A DNA stretch of 64,000 nt from an uncultured Gammaproteobacteria bacterium (GCA_964428655.1 CAYRYE010000001.1:9328-73327); one strand, 5' to 3'; shown: positions 32,457-42,484, counted from the stretch's first letter. Numbers and translations are program-made. Notes: generated by a model not told the origin, from the letters alone.

Positions 32457-32558
32457 TATAATTAGTTCTAACACCTACGAAAAGGCCGATATCTTTTTAA
32501 TTTGTTAATTCGTAGCATATTTTAATTTTATGTAAGAAAGAATTCTTTGTAACTTTTT

Positions 32559-34334
32559 TCAACCTTTTTTTATTGTTGGTTCTATTAGTTTTAGAGTAGT
32601 GTTGGGATAAACCTGTTTGAATTGTTGCCAAGAGGTGCGGTTTTTGCCTTCGAGTTGGATTTCGTCAGGAATAAGTTTGCCTTTTTCTAAATGGGCTTGC
32701 CAGATTTTGAGACGGAGTTTTTTACCTTTAATTTTCACGAAGGTGTAAGTGCCTGGAGAGGGATTAAAAGCTCTAATTTGGTTTAAGATTTGTTTGACTG
32801 GTTTTTTCCAGTCAATTTCTGCTTCTTGTTTATCAATTTTTGCCGCAAACGTTGCTTTTGTATGATCTTGTGGTTTCATGATCCAAGAACCTGGTTTTTT
32901 GACCAAAATGTCTGGCTTAAAAAGTTGGATAAATTTTTTAGTGCCCATCTCAAAAAGCCTTTTGATTAGTTGACCACTGGTTTCGTCAGTTTTAATTTTG
33001 GTTTTAGTTTGAATGATGATTGGACCTGCATCCATTTCTTTGATGATTTTAAAAATTGTGATTCCTGTTGTTTTGTCACCAGTTTTAATGCTTCTGATCA
33101 CTGGTGCCGCCCCTCGCCATTTAGGAAGCAAAGAAGGATGAAAGTTGATAATCATGCCGAACCAGTCAAGCCATTCCTGAGGAATTAAATTGCCATAAAC
33201 GGCAACTATTCCCAAAATCGGTTTCTTCTTTAATTTTTTTTCTGTTTTTTTTAGTGTTTCATGATTTAATTTTTCCCATTTAGCAACAGACAGTTTTTTT
33301 TCTTGACAAAATTGGGCAACTGGCGTTGGCGTTAATTTTTGACCTCGGCCGGCTGGCCGGTCAGATTTGGTAATGACAAGATCGATTTTTATTTTTTCTT
33401 TTAGCAATGTTTTTAAGATTTCTACGGATTCTTGGCTAGAGCCAAAGAAAACAATTGGCTGGGTTTGAAGCGTTTTCTTTTTCGTGTAGCTAAGAATTAT
33501 TTTTTTGGCCTTTTTAGTTGCTATTTTTTTACCTCGAACCAAGGCTGTTGGGCCAATGAAATTAGCCGGTTGGATTAAAATGTCTTTTGGTTGGGATAAA
33601 TTCTCTAAACTTCTATTTTCTTCTTCATTTCGGCCAATGATAATTTTGGTTTTGCCGATCCAAAAATGACGGCCAATTTTTAGTAATCCAGCGTCATTAC
33701 CGCTAAAGCTCGGTTTTTCTTCTTTGAGTTCAAACAATTTTTTGGCAAATTTTATTTCGGTTAAAATACAACCGCCAGCAGGTTGAGGATATTTTAAATC
33801 GATTTTTTTTGCTAGGGCAATTTGTTTTTTCCTACTTCGACCGTGGATGTCTAATAATTTTTCCCGATTGACCCATTTTTTTTCTTCAGGAAGAGTAGGA
33901 GAAAGAAGTTTGGCTGAAAGTGGGCGAAGTAATCGTTTACCCAAACCGGTTTTTTTAGCGATTATATCCAGTGCTTGCCTGTTTTGGGAAAACGGCCTTT
34001 GGCCTAAAACCTCACCAGTAATAACAAAATCAAAACCTTCTTTTTCTAAGATTTTTCTAGCCGTTTTCAGCATCAATAAGTGACAGTCAATGCACGGATT
34101 ACTAGCTTTGCCGTAGCCATATTTTGGCTTTTTAACTATTTCTAAATGTTCGTCTGAAAAATCAATAACTTGATAGGGAATTTTGAGCTGTTTAGCTGCT
34201 TTAATTCCTTTTTCTGGGTTGAAGAAGTAACTTTGGAAAATTAGAGCTTTAACTTTAAGATTTTGCTTTTTAATTAACCAAGCAGCTAAACTGGAATCTA
34301 AACCACCAGAAAGCAACACTAGTACTTTTTTCAT
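32559..34334 (-). CDS. fmt: Fusion: ThiI/MnmA-like PP-loop tRNA thiouridylase plus methionyl-tRNA formyltransferase
   Basis: N-half: SGGLDS, NPCIDCH, TGEVLGQRP, PAGGC. C-half: VFFGS, DRPAGRG, NFHPSLLPKWRGAAP, MDAGP. Confidence 0.88.
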   Translation of the reverse strand: MKKVLVLLSGGLDSSLAAWLIKKQNLKVKALIFQSYFFNPEKGIKAAKQLKIPYQVIDFSDEHLEIVKKPKYGYGKASNPCIDCHLLMLKTARKILEKEGFDFVITGEVLGQRPFSQNRQALDIIAKKTGLGKRLLRPLSAKLLSPTLPEEKKWVNREKLLDIHGRSRKKQIALAKKIDLKYPQPAGGCILTEIKFAKKLFELKEEKPSFSGNDAGLLKIGRHFWIGKTKIIIGRNEEENRSLENLSQPKDILIQPANFIGPTALVRGKKIATKKAKKIILSYTKKKTLQTQPIVFFGSSQESVEILKTLLKEKIKIDLVITKSDRPAGRGQKLTPTPVAQFCQEKKLSVAKWEKLNHETLKKTEKKLKKKPILGIVAVYGNLIPQEWLDWFGMIINFHPSLLPKWRGAAPVIRSIKTGDKTTGITIFKIIKEMDAGPIIIQTKTKIKTDETSGQLIKRLFEMGTKKFIQLFKPDILVKKPGSWIMKPQDHTKATFAAKIDKQEAEIDWKKPVKQILNQIRAFNPSPGTYTFVKIKGKKLRLKIWQAHLEKGKLIPDEIQLEGKNRTSWQQFKQVYPNTTLKLIEPTIKKG

Positions 34335-34348
34335 TATTGATGACCAAG

Positions 34349-34421
34349 TGGCAGGGGAGGGAGTCGAACCCTCGGCCTTCGCCTTATGAAAGCGCTGCTC
34401 TAACCACTGAGCTACCCTGCC
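34349..34421 (-). tRNA. tRNA-Met (CAT, probably elongator)
   Basis: GGCAGGG..TAGCTCAG..TTCATAA..GTTCGACTC..CCCTGCCA cloverleaf. Confidence 0.9.
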
Positions 34422-34497
34422 TTCGCAACCTCACTGCTTCGGTAGGCAGGTTTGCCTTTTTTTATGGCTTGCTTGCCATAGTTTTAGCGAAGGTGGG

Positions 34498-34571
34498 TGG
34501 ACCCGAGCGGAGTCGAACCGCTGACCTTCCGGATGCAAACCGGGTGCTCTAACCAACTGAGCTACGGGCCC
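34498..34571 (-). tRNA. tRNA-Ala (TGC)
   Basis: Cloverleaf with TGC anticodon and G3.U70. Confidence 0.95.
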
Positions 34572-34623
34572 TCCGATTCGGAGGGCTTGCCCGCCAAACC
34601 GGAGGGCGGGCCCTTACAATTTG

Positions 34624-34693
34624 TTGCGGGGCCAGGAGTTGAACCTGGTCTGTGAGGTTATGGGCCTCACGTGCAGCCGTACACCACCCCGCG
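34624..34693 (-). tRNA. Initiator tRNA-fMet (CAT), non-canonical
   Basis: CGCGGGG/CCCCGCA acceptor with C1:A72 mismatch, CAT anticodon and TTCAACT T-loop. Confidence 0.85.
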
Positions 34694-34720
34694 GCATGTA
34701 CTGATATTTTATTGTTAAAG

Positions 34721-35086
34721 CTAAAGATTGTCAAATTTAAACTCTGTTCCTATGAATAATTGCCACCATTGTTGCCAGGGAGCGAGAGATTCAAACATTT
34801 GTCCTTTGGATTGGAGTAGAGATAGATTTGGAATTGTAGGTAGAACCAAAATAATTTCATTATCATGAGTCATTCCTAGTTTTTCTCTTGCCTCTCGAAG
34901 AATAAACTCTTCAGTTTGATAGTATTCCTGCTTTTGGGTTAAAAATTGATTTTCTTCTTGAAGTTGATTTAACTCGTTTTGCATTTCCTTGAGCTTTCTC
35001 TTTGCCTTATACCAGGTACGAACCCTTTGGTTTAAACTAATAACCAAACTTAAAAGGATGACTGGTAGAATTAACTTCTTAACCAT
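34721..35086 (-). CDS. Septum formation initiator (FtsB/DivIC family)
   Basis: TM segment, coiled coil and EAREKLGM. Confidence 0.82.
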   Translation of the reverse strand: MVKKLILPVILLSLVISLNQRVRTWYKAKRKLKEMQNELNQLQEENQFLTQKQEYYQTEEFILREAREKLGMTHDNEIILVLPTIPNLSLLQSKGQMFESLAPWQQWWQLFIGTEFKFDNL

Positions 35087-35132
35087 TTCAATACTTGCAT
35101 GAAGCCCGACCCCATGATATTATAAGCTAATT

Positions 35133-35996
35133 ATGAATTCAGAACTGGCTTTGGAAAATGCAATTGGGAAATTTATTTCTCATTTAGAATCTTTAAAGCG
35201 CTCCAGTAATACGATTGTAGCATATAGGGGCGACTTGAGTCAGCTTGTTGATTTCCTGAAAGGGCAAACAATAGATTTACTAACTCAGGTTGAAACTAGC
35301 CATATTGAAGAGTTTAAAAAGTACTTGACCAAGAAAGGCTATACCCCAAAATCTATCTCCAGGAAGTTAAATTCAGTAAAAAGCCTTTTTAGGTTTTTGG
35401 TTGAGGAGGGAATTCTAGATAGAGATCTTTCCAGAGCAGTTAAACACCCTAAGATCAAAAATGACTTGCCTCGGATACTAAAATCCATAGAGTATCGAGC
35501 CTTACGAGATGTTTGTCGTCATGACAAAAGGACTTTAGCTATTACAGAGCTGATGCTCCAGGTAGGTTTAAGAATTAGCGAGGTGGCCAGTTTACAGTTA
35601 GAAGATGTTGAGGCTGATAACTTGATAATTAGGGCTTATGAAAGCCATTCGCAGAGAAAAGTGCCTTTAAATCGGGCCGTTAAAGAAGCAATAGGAACCT
35701 ACCTAAAAGAACGTTATCAATCAAGATATAAGTTTTTGTTTGTTACTAAAACCGGAAAACAACTCTTGGTAAGAAATATTAGAAGTATTCTTAATCGCTA
35801 TTTTGATAAGGCAGGTCTGCAGGGTGTGAAAGTAAATGATCTTCGCAACACTTTTATTGTTGAACAGTTGTCAGCGGGGGTACCCTTGGACATAATTAGT
35901 AAAATCGTTGGTCACAAAAGGCTTTCCACCACGGAAAGATACTTAAACATGGTTGAAAAGTCAGAAAAAGAAGGAATCAGTCTCAAAGAATTGTAA
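35133..35996 (+). CDS. XerC/XerD-like tyrosine recombinase
   Basis: SAM-like N-domain; GLRISE, NDLRNTF and VGH..LSTTERY. Confidence 0.88.
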   Translation: MNSELALENAIGKFISHLESLKRSSNTIVAYRGDLSQLVDFLKGQTIDLLTQVETSHIEEFKKYLTKKGYTPKSISRKLNSVKSLFRFLVEEGILDRDLSRAVKHPKIKNDLPRILKSIEYRALRDVCRHDKRTLAITELMLQVGLRISEVASLQLEDVEADNLIIRAYESHSQRKVPLNRAVKEAIGTYLKERYQSRYKFLFVTKTGKQLLVRNIRSILNRYFDKAGLQGVKVNDLRNTFIVEQLSAGVPLDIISKIVGHKRLSTTERYLNMVEKSEKEGISLKEL

Positions 35997-36011
35997 TAGG
36001 AAGCTTTTTTC

Positions 36012-38354
36012 TCATACTTGGGAACGACGAGTGATTTCTGCCTCTACCACTGAAGCAGGCTGGCCATATTTTAAGACGCTTAATCTTTTAATAGTTTTAG
36101 CCAATTTGGGATTTCTTCTTTTTTTCTCAATTTCTATATCCTTAGTGGTATCCATGGAAAATGGCAGTACGGGCTCGTTATCGATAACTGTTTTTATGTA
36201 AGCATGGAACCGTTCTACGTTAAGAAGATCTTGTTCGCTAAAGACAGGTTGGAATTCACGAGCCAAGTAATTAGCATCAGAAACACCAACCTGAAAAGAC
36301 ACCACTGTTCCCACATTGCCGAAAATGGCATTTTTAACCTCTTCTTCCATTTGGCCAATAAATTGGTTGGCTACGGTAAGATTCAGGCGATACTTTCTGG
36401 CCTCGGAGAGAATTTGGGCAAAATCAGGGGTAGCAAAGTTTTGAAACTCATCAACATAAAGATAGAAATTGCGCCTCTGATCTTCCGGTATATCTTGGCG
36501 GCTCATGGCGGCCATAAGGATTCTGGGAACTAGGATTAGTCCCAAGAAGGAAGAATTTTCTTCGCCGATTTTTCCCTTAGCCAAGTTAATAATTAAAATT
36601 TTGCCCTCGTCCATTACCTTGCGGAAGTCAAAAGCTGATTTTGATTGACCGATGATGTTGCGCATCATTTTGTTAGTTACAAATCGGCCGAATTTGGAAA
36701 CAATGTAATCCAATGTTTCAGATTTGTGAAACTCAGCAGTATGGGCGATTTGTTCGGTCCAGTATTCTCTAACAATAGGGTCTTTTACTTTTGGTAGAAT
36801 TCGTTGTAGATATGGCCCGCCTGGATTTTGAAGAATTTTTACCACTTCCATAAAAGTTGTTCCTGGCACACTCATGGCAGTTAGCATGGCGTTTCTGATC
36901 GCATGTTCAAACCGGGGGCCAACAATACCGGTTTTATACGGATCGTAAAGTTTGTACATCAGATTGATTATTGCGGCAGAGACGAAGTGTTTTTGATCTT
37001 CAGTTTCTACTTCTAAAAGGTTAAGTCCAATTGGTCTTTCTGTTTCTGAAGGATCAAAATAAATTACATCTTCGGCCCTCTCGGGAGGGATGTATTCTAG
37101 AATTTGTTCGGCCAAATCATGGGGGTCGATTAAACAAATCCCTCTACCTGCTTTAATATCCTGGATAAGCATTTCCTTCATTAACTCTGTTTTGCCTGCG
37201 CCTGTTTTGCCGATAATGTAGAAATGTCTCTGCCGATCTTTTTCCTGGATATAGATTGGCTTTTCCACTCCTCGGTAACCGCTTTTACCTAAATACAAAC
37301 CAGATTCGGGAAGATTGGACGGCGGCGGAGCGGGTTTAGCTTTCAGACAGTAAACATTAGGAGTTTCTACTGTTTTATTGGGGAGATGGAAGATTGAAGC
37401 CAGTTCTTCGCTGTTTAAAATGGTTTTTATATTTCGCCAGATAATTGGTTGATAGCGGTAAATAAAGTCAATCATAAAAGAATAACGGAAACGGATTTTC
37501 TTTTCCGAAAAACCATTCCAAGGAGATTCAAATTGAGCAAAACTTGATTTGATGTTGTTGAGCTTGGCTTTAGCAATATCCATTGTTGGAGCGCAAACAA
37601 CAATTCTGATTGAAGTTTCGAATCCTGGTTTACTGCACTTGGACTCGATCGCTTCCAAAGTTCGAGCGTCCACTTTAAAACTGGCTTTTTCTGGGTCAGC
37701 CTCTTGTTTTTTGGTGTCACTGACATATGTTTTGCCTGACTTTTGCCAGTTGATATCAGTTGGGCTTATTAAAATCTGGATGGCCGCTCCCTCGTTTTCT
37801 TCTAATTTAGCCATAGCGGAAGTGATTGCTGAAAGAGGATCAGTGGGAAGATCTTTGTAGGTTTTTAAAGGATAAAAGGATTCTTTTTTAAACTTTAGCC
37901 AGGCGTAGCTAATTTTTCCGCTTTTGGAAAAGATATTATACTCATCGACTTCTTTTATCTCGGCATCAGGGTAGCCGCCATGAATTTGCCGCTCTACTAA
38001 TTCGCGCAGTTTTTGAGAGCAGGAGACAAAGAATTTAATTTCTCCATCAGTACTGACGATCTCAAAAGAAATATGGGGTTGACTTTTAAGGAATTTAAAT
38101 TTACCTCCGGTTTTGATTGAATAGAGAGAGGCCATTATTTGTTCCATGGCATCGATTTTCGTCTCATTGTCTCGGGGAACAGCGATTCTAAACAGGACGG
38201 ACTTTAAAGCCTCTTCTTCTCTTTTACGCCATCGCCACCAAAGAACAAAACTATAAAATAATAATCCAAGACCCAATAGTGTTATAACGGCAATTAAAAA
38301 GAGAACAATATAATAGAATAAGGTACTAGTTAGTTGGTTAACAGTTTGATCCAC
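36012..38354 (-). CDS. VirD4/TrwB-like T4SS coupling ATPase
   Basis: N-terminal TM segment, GKTGAGKT, IDPH, LYVDEFQNF and SEARKY..ANQF. Confidence 0.88.
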   Translation of the reverse strand: MDQTVNQLTSTLFYYIVLFLIAVITLLGLGLLFYSFVLWWRWRKREEEALKSVLFRIAVPRDNETKIDAMEQIMASLYSIKTGGKFKFLKSQPHISFEIVSTDGEIKFFVSCSQKLRELVERQIHGGYPDAEIKEVDEYNIFSKSGKISYAWLKFKKESFYPLKTYKDLPTDPLSAITSAMAKLEENEGAAIQILISPTDINWQKSGKTYVSDTKKQEADPEKASFKVDARTLEAIESKCSKPGFETSIRIVVCAPTMDIAKAKLNNIKSSFAQFESPWNGFSEKKIRFRYSFMIDFIYRYQPIIWRNIKTILNSEELASIFHLPNKTVETPNVYCLKAKPAPPPSNLPESGLYLGKSGYRGVEKPIYIQEKDRQRHFYIIGKTGAGKTELMKEMLIQDIKAGRGICLIDPHDLAEQILEYIPPERAEDVIYFDPSETERPIGLNLLEVETEDQKHFVSAAIINLMYKLYDPYKTGIVGPRFEHAIRNAMLTAMSVPGTTFMEVVKILQNPGGPYLQRILPKVKDPIVREYWTEQIAHTAEFHKSETLDYIVSKFGRFVTNKMMRNIIGQSKSAFDFRKVMDEGKILIINLAKGKIGEENSSFLGLILVPRILMAAMSRQDIPEDQRRNFYLYVDEFQNFATPDFAQILSEARKYRLNLTVANQFIGQMEEEVKNAIFGNVGTVVSFQVGVSDANYLAREFQPVFSEQDLLNVERFHAYIKTVIDNEPVLPFSMDTTKDIEIEKKRRNPKLAKTIKRLSVLKYGQPASVVEAEITRRSQV

Positions 38355-38478
38355 GATAATAATTTCTAATTTCTAACCAAATCCCAATGACTCAATGCCC
38401 AATAACTAAAGTTTATTATTTTAATTTAATCATTAAGAATTGGATACTGGTCATTTTTTAGGTTAATTAGAAATTAAG

Positions 38479-38826
38479 TCAATTTATTTTTTTCAATACC
38501 ACTCCCTTTGGTTTCATTTTAATAAGTCTCAGACACCATTCAGCCAACCAGCGAATCGCCTGATTGACTTTTTGATTAAGCCCTTGTACCAACTGCTGCC
38601 TGCTCAATGGCAAAACAATTTTTGGCTTTTTAGCTGAGGGAGCGGTGACTAGAACTTGGCCGGTTTGATCATCAGTAACTGGTTTTGCTAAGTAGATATC
38701 ACCTTTTTCTATTTTCTCCAACCAGCCAAGAATCTCTCTTGGAATTCTTGTTTCTGGTATTTTCTTAACAGGAATTTCCCCAGATTTTTCGGTTCTTATT
38801 TGTTCTTTTTCTACCCTTTCCACCAT
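38479..38826 (-). CDS. Hypothetical protein
   Basis: Clean ORF with a -10-like box; PVTDDQTGQ and AIRWLAEWC segments. Confidence 0.7.
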   Translation of the reverse strand: MVERVEKEQIRTEKSGEIPVKKIPETRIPREILGWLEKIEKGDIYLAKPVTDDQTGQVLVTAPSAKKPKIVLPLSRQQLVQGLNQKVNQAIRWLAEWCLRLIKMKPKGVVLKKIN

Positions 38827-38868
38827 TTTTTTCAGTATAACACTGTTAGACTTTTCTTTCAGGAAGCA

Positions 38869-40554
38869 TCACTGTTGAATTTCTGCCTTTTTTTCTTTCA
38901 AGAACTGGCTGAAACTTTCTATAAATTCAACTAATGTGGAGAAAGGAACATCGACTAAAGCAGTAAAGAAAACACTAATAATGTTATATTCTTTCCATTT
39001 TTTAGACAACCATTGACCAAGCTTGGCTAGCGGGACAGAAAGCAAATCAAGAGAAAACTCCCAAAAGCTAGTTTTTTCTTCAATGGTCATTTCTTTGGCT
39101 CTTTGTCTAATTATTAAGCCGGCAAAAACGACCATGGCTACATTCATAGTATCTAGAATAAGAGAGGTGATGGGAATTCTGACAAGATAGAAAATCCAAA
39201 AAGTAATTCCCAGCGAGATCAAACTAATGGCGGTATAGAGAGAGCCAATAATAAGCTTGGCAATCAAGCCTCTTTTTCTTCGTGGTCTGAGTTCGTAAAC
39301 GTCGTCTTCTTCTCTTTGAGAAACGATTTTCGTAATCTCGCTAACCACCCTTTTGAAATTTCCTTCTTTAGGAAGCCTTATAATTGCTACCAGAAAAAAC
39401 ATTACCAAAGTGGGGATCAAAATATCTACAACAATAGCCAGAGGACTGAATTTTCCGTAAAAAAGTTTGGCCAAAGGTACTTCAACTATGAACAGAGATA
39501 GGCCGCCGGCGACAAAAATTGAGAGAGTTGAATAAATGGCGGCTCGGAAAAGACGTGACTTTAGGGTGGAAAGCCTTTGGTAATAAGTTTTCTCAATTAA
39601 ACTTTTTAGAATCTTTGAATCAGAGAATTTTTTACTCATTTCCAGGGGCTTTTTAGAGATCACCTCAAGGATATCACCGATAATCAGATAAACGGTATCG
39701 TATTTTTCGCAGATTTTGTGAAATTCGCCAGATAAAGGATGATTGAAGTCATTTTTAATACTATCCCTGATTGAGAGAATATTTTTGCTAATTGTTTCTA
39801 AAAAGAGTTTGTCAGGCTTTGTCCATTGAGGGTAGTGAAATTTTAAGAGACGATAACTGATGATTGGAGAGTCTAAATGAAAGAGGGCATGATGAACGGC
39901 AATAAAAATTTGGACTTTTTTTTCTTCCTCAGCAATTTCGACTCCTGGAGCAGACCTGATCCTTTCTTCCATTAAATTGGTCATAAAATTAATAAGAACA
40001 TTTTCTTTTAGGGGAGGATCCAAAATTTCTTCTATTTCACAGGCAGCAATCTCCAGAATCCAGTTATAGAAATTGACTTTTTTCTTAATTTTTATCTGCA
40101 CTGAGGAGTGACTATTTGATAAAGGATTATTTTCAAGGATATAAATATATTTTTCCAGAATTTGTTGGACTTTGCTTATTTTCTCTCTTGGGATTTTATC
40201 GTTAAGGAAATGGCAGCCGCGGATCAGTTCCAAAACTAATGGTTCCGCTATTTTTTCAGGTTTAAGATTGGAGATTAAGCTAAATCCAGAAAGTTCGGAA
40301 ATCAGCCTTCTTTTCAACATTCTTTCGATAGCTGCTCTTCTAATAAGGTGTTCTTCTTTCCAATCAATAATTTTTCTAATCTTCTCGTAGAAGAAGGCTA
40401 TTTTAGAAGCGATTTCATCGACATGAATAGTGGCCACTTCTCCTTTTGTTTCTAAGCTTAAGAGAATTTTTTGATATTCCTGGACTAGCTCTTGAATTGC
40501 CGATGATGATCCGGCGCTGGTATCGTGAGTGAAAATTACTTGATTGTTATTCAT
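38869..40554 (-). CDS. Hypothetical membrane protein (helical N-domain, 4-5 C-terminal TMs)
   Basis: 561-aa ORF; YEKIR..IDWKEEHLIRRAAIER. Confidence 0.75.
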   Translation of the reverse strand: MNNNQVIFTHDTSAGSSSAIQELVQEYQKILLSLETKGEVATIHVDEIASKIAFFYEKIRKIIDWKEEHLIRRAAIERMLKRRLISELSGFSLISNLKPEKIAEPLVLELIRGCHFLNDKIPREKISKVQQILEKYIYILENNPLSNSHSSVQIKIKKKVNFYNWILEIAACEIEEILDPPLKENVLINFMTNLMEERIRSAPGVEIAEEEKKVQIFIAVHHALFHLDSPIISYRLLKFHYPQWTKPDKLFLETISKNILSIRDSIKNDFNHPLSGEFHKICEKYDTVYLIIGDILEVISKKPLEMSKKFSDSKILKSLIEKTYYQRLSTLKSRLFRAAIYSTLSIFVAGGLSLFIVEVPLAKLFYGKFSPLAIVVDILIPTLVMFFLVAIIRLPKEGNFKRVVSEITKIVSQREEDDVYELRPRRKRGLIAKLIIGSLYTAISLISLGITFWIFYLVRIPITSLILDTMNVAMVVFAGLIIRQRAKEMTIEEKTSFWEFSLDLLSVPLAKLGQWLSKKWKEYNIISVFFTALVDVPFSTLVEFIESFSQFLKEKKAEIQQ

Positions 40555-40566
40555 AAGTCTTTGTAA

Positions 40567-41799
40567 TTATATAGTATATTGACTGATTGTTTTTTTCATG
40601 CGGCAAAGAGCTAGTGAAGAGAGTATGGCGACTAAGGCTTCCGTGGAAACAGTAACCCAAGCGGCGGCGACAATTCCCTGCCGGGGGATGAAAACTAGAT
40701 TGAAGACCAGATTCCAAACTAAGGCGGCAGCACCAATTTTCAGGGAAACAGCTTGGCGATTTAAAGCAACTAAAGAGAATCCTGTCAAGTGGTTTAGACA
40801 AGAGAAAATTAGAGCTATAACTAGGATTTTCAGAATTAGGGCGGATCGGGTAAAATTTTCACCAGCAATAAGCAAGATGATTGGTTTATTGAGGATAAAG
40901 ACTAATGGAATTAGGATCAGGAGTCCTAGTCCGGTTAAAACCAGGCCAATTTTCATTAATTTTGCAAATTCCTTTTGAGGATTTTTTGAAAGCATGGGGA
41001 AAATAGTATTGTTAAGAAAGTAAGCTGGCAAGGCGAGATTGGCATAAATCTTGTAAGCCAAGCCGTAGATGCCAACCTGGGTAGGTCCAAGAAAACTTTT
41101 TATGGTAAAAGAGTCAATTGCCCGATCATAAGCAGAAAATAGTACCAGAAGCGTTCCCATAGGAAGCGATTCTTTGATCAATTTTCTAATAATTGATCTC
41201 TTGGATTTGATTTCTCCCTTGATAAACTTTCCAACCAGGATACTGGAGAGCAAAACAATAATTGTCTTGGTGAAAAGCCAGCCAATGATTGGCGCTGACA
41301 GCCCAAGACGCAAGTTGAGTAAAAAGATTGTGGTGACTAGAAAAATTACAGAGCCAATAATATTAATTATGGCTTTAAGGTCCATTCTGACAAAAGTTTG
41401 GAAGACTATTTCCGAAGTTAATTCCGCAATTAATCCAAAAACTAAGGGCATTGAAAGCAAAGCTAATAGTTTGATGTCGGCAAAAACAGGGAATATAATA
41501 ACAATGGCCAAACCGAGACAAGCAGCCGTTATTCCTAAGAAGAGCCGAAGTTTAACCAAAGAACCAAAGACAATCTCCTTATTTTTAGCTCGGGATAATT
41601 CGCGAACACCGATAATCTGAGTTCCCCAATTGCCGATGGCTACTAACAAATCAACAAGAGAGATAATTAAAGCATATTGGCCATAACCGGATGTTCCTAG
41701 TTTGCGAGTCAGAATGGCAGTGGCCAATAATGAAATTGAAAGCCCAATTAATTTTCCCATTACTTGTGTTCCGGAGTTGTAGATTATTTTTTTAAGCAT
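40567..41799 (-). CDS. MOP-superfamily polysaccharide flippase (Wzx-like)
   Basis: About 12 TM segments; LTRKLG.SGYGQY and QVGIYGLAYK. Confidence 0.88.
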   Translation of the reverse strand: MLKKIIYNSGTQVMGKLIGLSISLLATAILTRKLGTSGYGQYALIISLVDLLVAIGNWGTQIIGVRELSRAKNKEIVFGSLVKLRLFLGITAACLGLAIVIIFPVFADIKLLALLSMPLVFGLIAELTSEIVFQTFVRMDLKAIINIIGSVIFLVTTIFLLNLRLGLSAPIIGWLFTKTIIVLLSSILVGKFIKGEIKSKRSIIRKLIKESLPMGTLLVLFSAYDRAIDSFTIKSFLGPTQVGIYGLAYKIYANLALPAYFLNNTIFPMLSKNPQKEFAKLMKIGLVLTGLGLLILIPLVFILNKPIILLIAGENFTRSALILKILVIALIFSCLNHLTGFSLVALNRQAVSLKIGAAALVWNLVFNLVFIPRQGIVAAAWVTVSTEALVAILSSLALCRMKKTISQYTI

Positions 41800-41827
41800 T
41801 GTTTATAATTCTACAGTAAAATTAGGA

Positions 41828-42484
41828 ATGATAAATAACAAGTCTCTTATTGATCTTTTGTTTCCCAAAAAATGTCTGGTTTGCCGAAAGGCAGGCAGTT
41901 ATCTTTGCCGCCAGTGTCGAGAAGAAACCGTCCTTTTAAAACTCCAAACACATCGGGCTTGTCGAAAAAAGTTTTTAGCTGATGGATTGGTCAGTCTCTA
42001 CCAGTACCGATTTCCCCTAAATAGATTGTTAAAAGATTTTAAGTATTACCAAGTTAGAGATTTGCGTATGCTGATGGTAGATTTAACAGTATCTGCCTTA
42101 ATAAAACAGAGAGTTTTGCCTTTTTGGAAGAAAAATAATTTTGTTTTTATCCCCATGCCTCTTTTTCCAGCTCGTTGTCTTTGGCGGGGCTTTAACCAAA
42201 GCGAAGTTATTTTGGAAACGGTTTGCCAACAACTTAATTTGAAATTTGACAATAGAATTTTGATCCGGAGCAAGTGGACCAAAGAACAAGCCAAGCTTAG
42301 TGGGGAAGAAAGGCGTAAAAACATTATCAATGCTTTCCAAGTTCTGGACGAGAAGAAAGTTATGGGCAATAATTTTGTTGTTTTTGATGATGTCTATACT
42401 AGCGGCTCTAGTTTAAAGGAGGCTATTAAAACTCTTAAATCTTCCGGGGCGATGAAAGTTTGGGGGTTAACCCTTTGCCGCTGA
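41828..42484 (+). CDS. comF: ComF family protein
   Basis: DLLFPKKC..C zinc ribbon, RGFNQS and FDDVYTSGSS PRT motif. Confidence 0.9.
   Translation: MINNKSLIDLLFPKKCLVCRKAGSYLCRQCREETVLLKLQTHRACRKKFLADGLVSLYQYRFPLNRLLKDFKYYQVRDLRMLMVDLTVSALIKQRVLPFWKKNNFVFIPMPLFPARCLWRGFNQSEVILETVCQQLNLKFDNRILIRSKWTKEQAKLSGEERRKNIINAFQVLDEKKVMGNNFVVFDDVYTSGSSLKEAIKTLKSSGAMKVWGLTLCR

Noticed and set aside
34337-34734. Short ORFs of 71 aa and 61 aa
   Set aside because: They overlap tRNA genes.
34349-38354. tRNAs, tyrosine recombinase and VirD4 considered as an ICE or prophage
   Set aside because: No duplicated tRNA 3' end (att site) was seen and there are no relaxase or phage genes. The recombinase is Xer-sized and the T4SS genes are interspersed with housekeeping genes.
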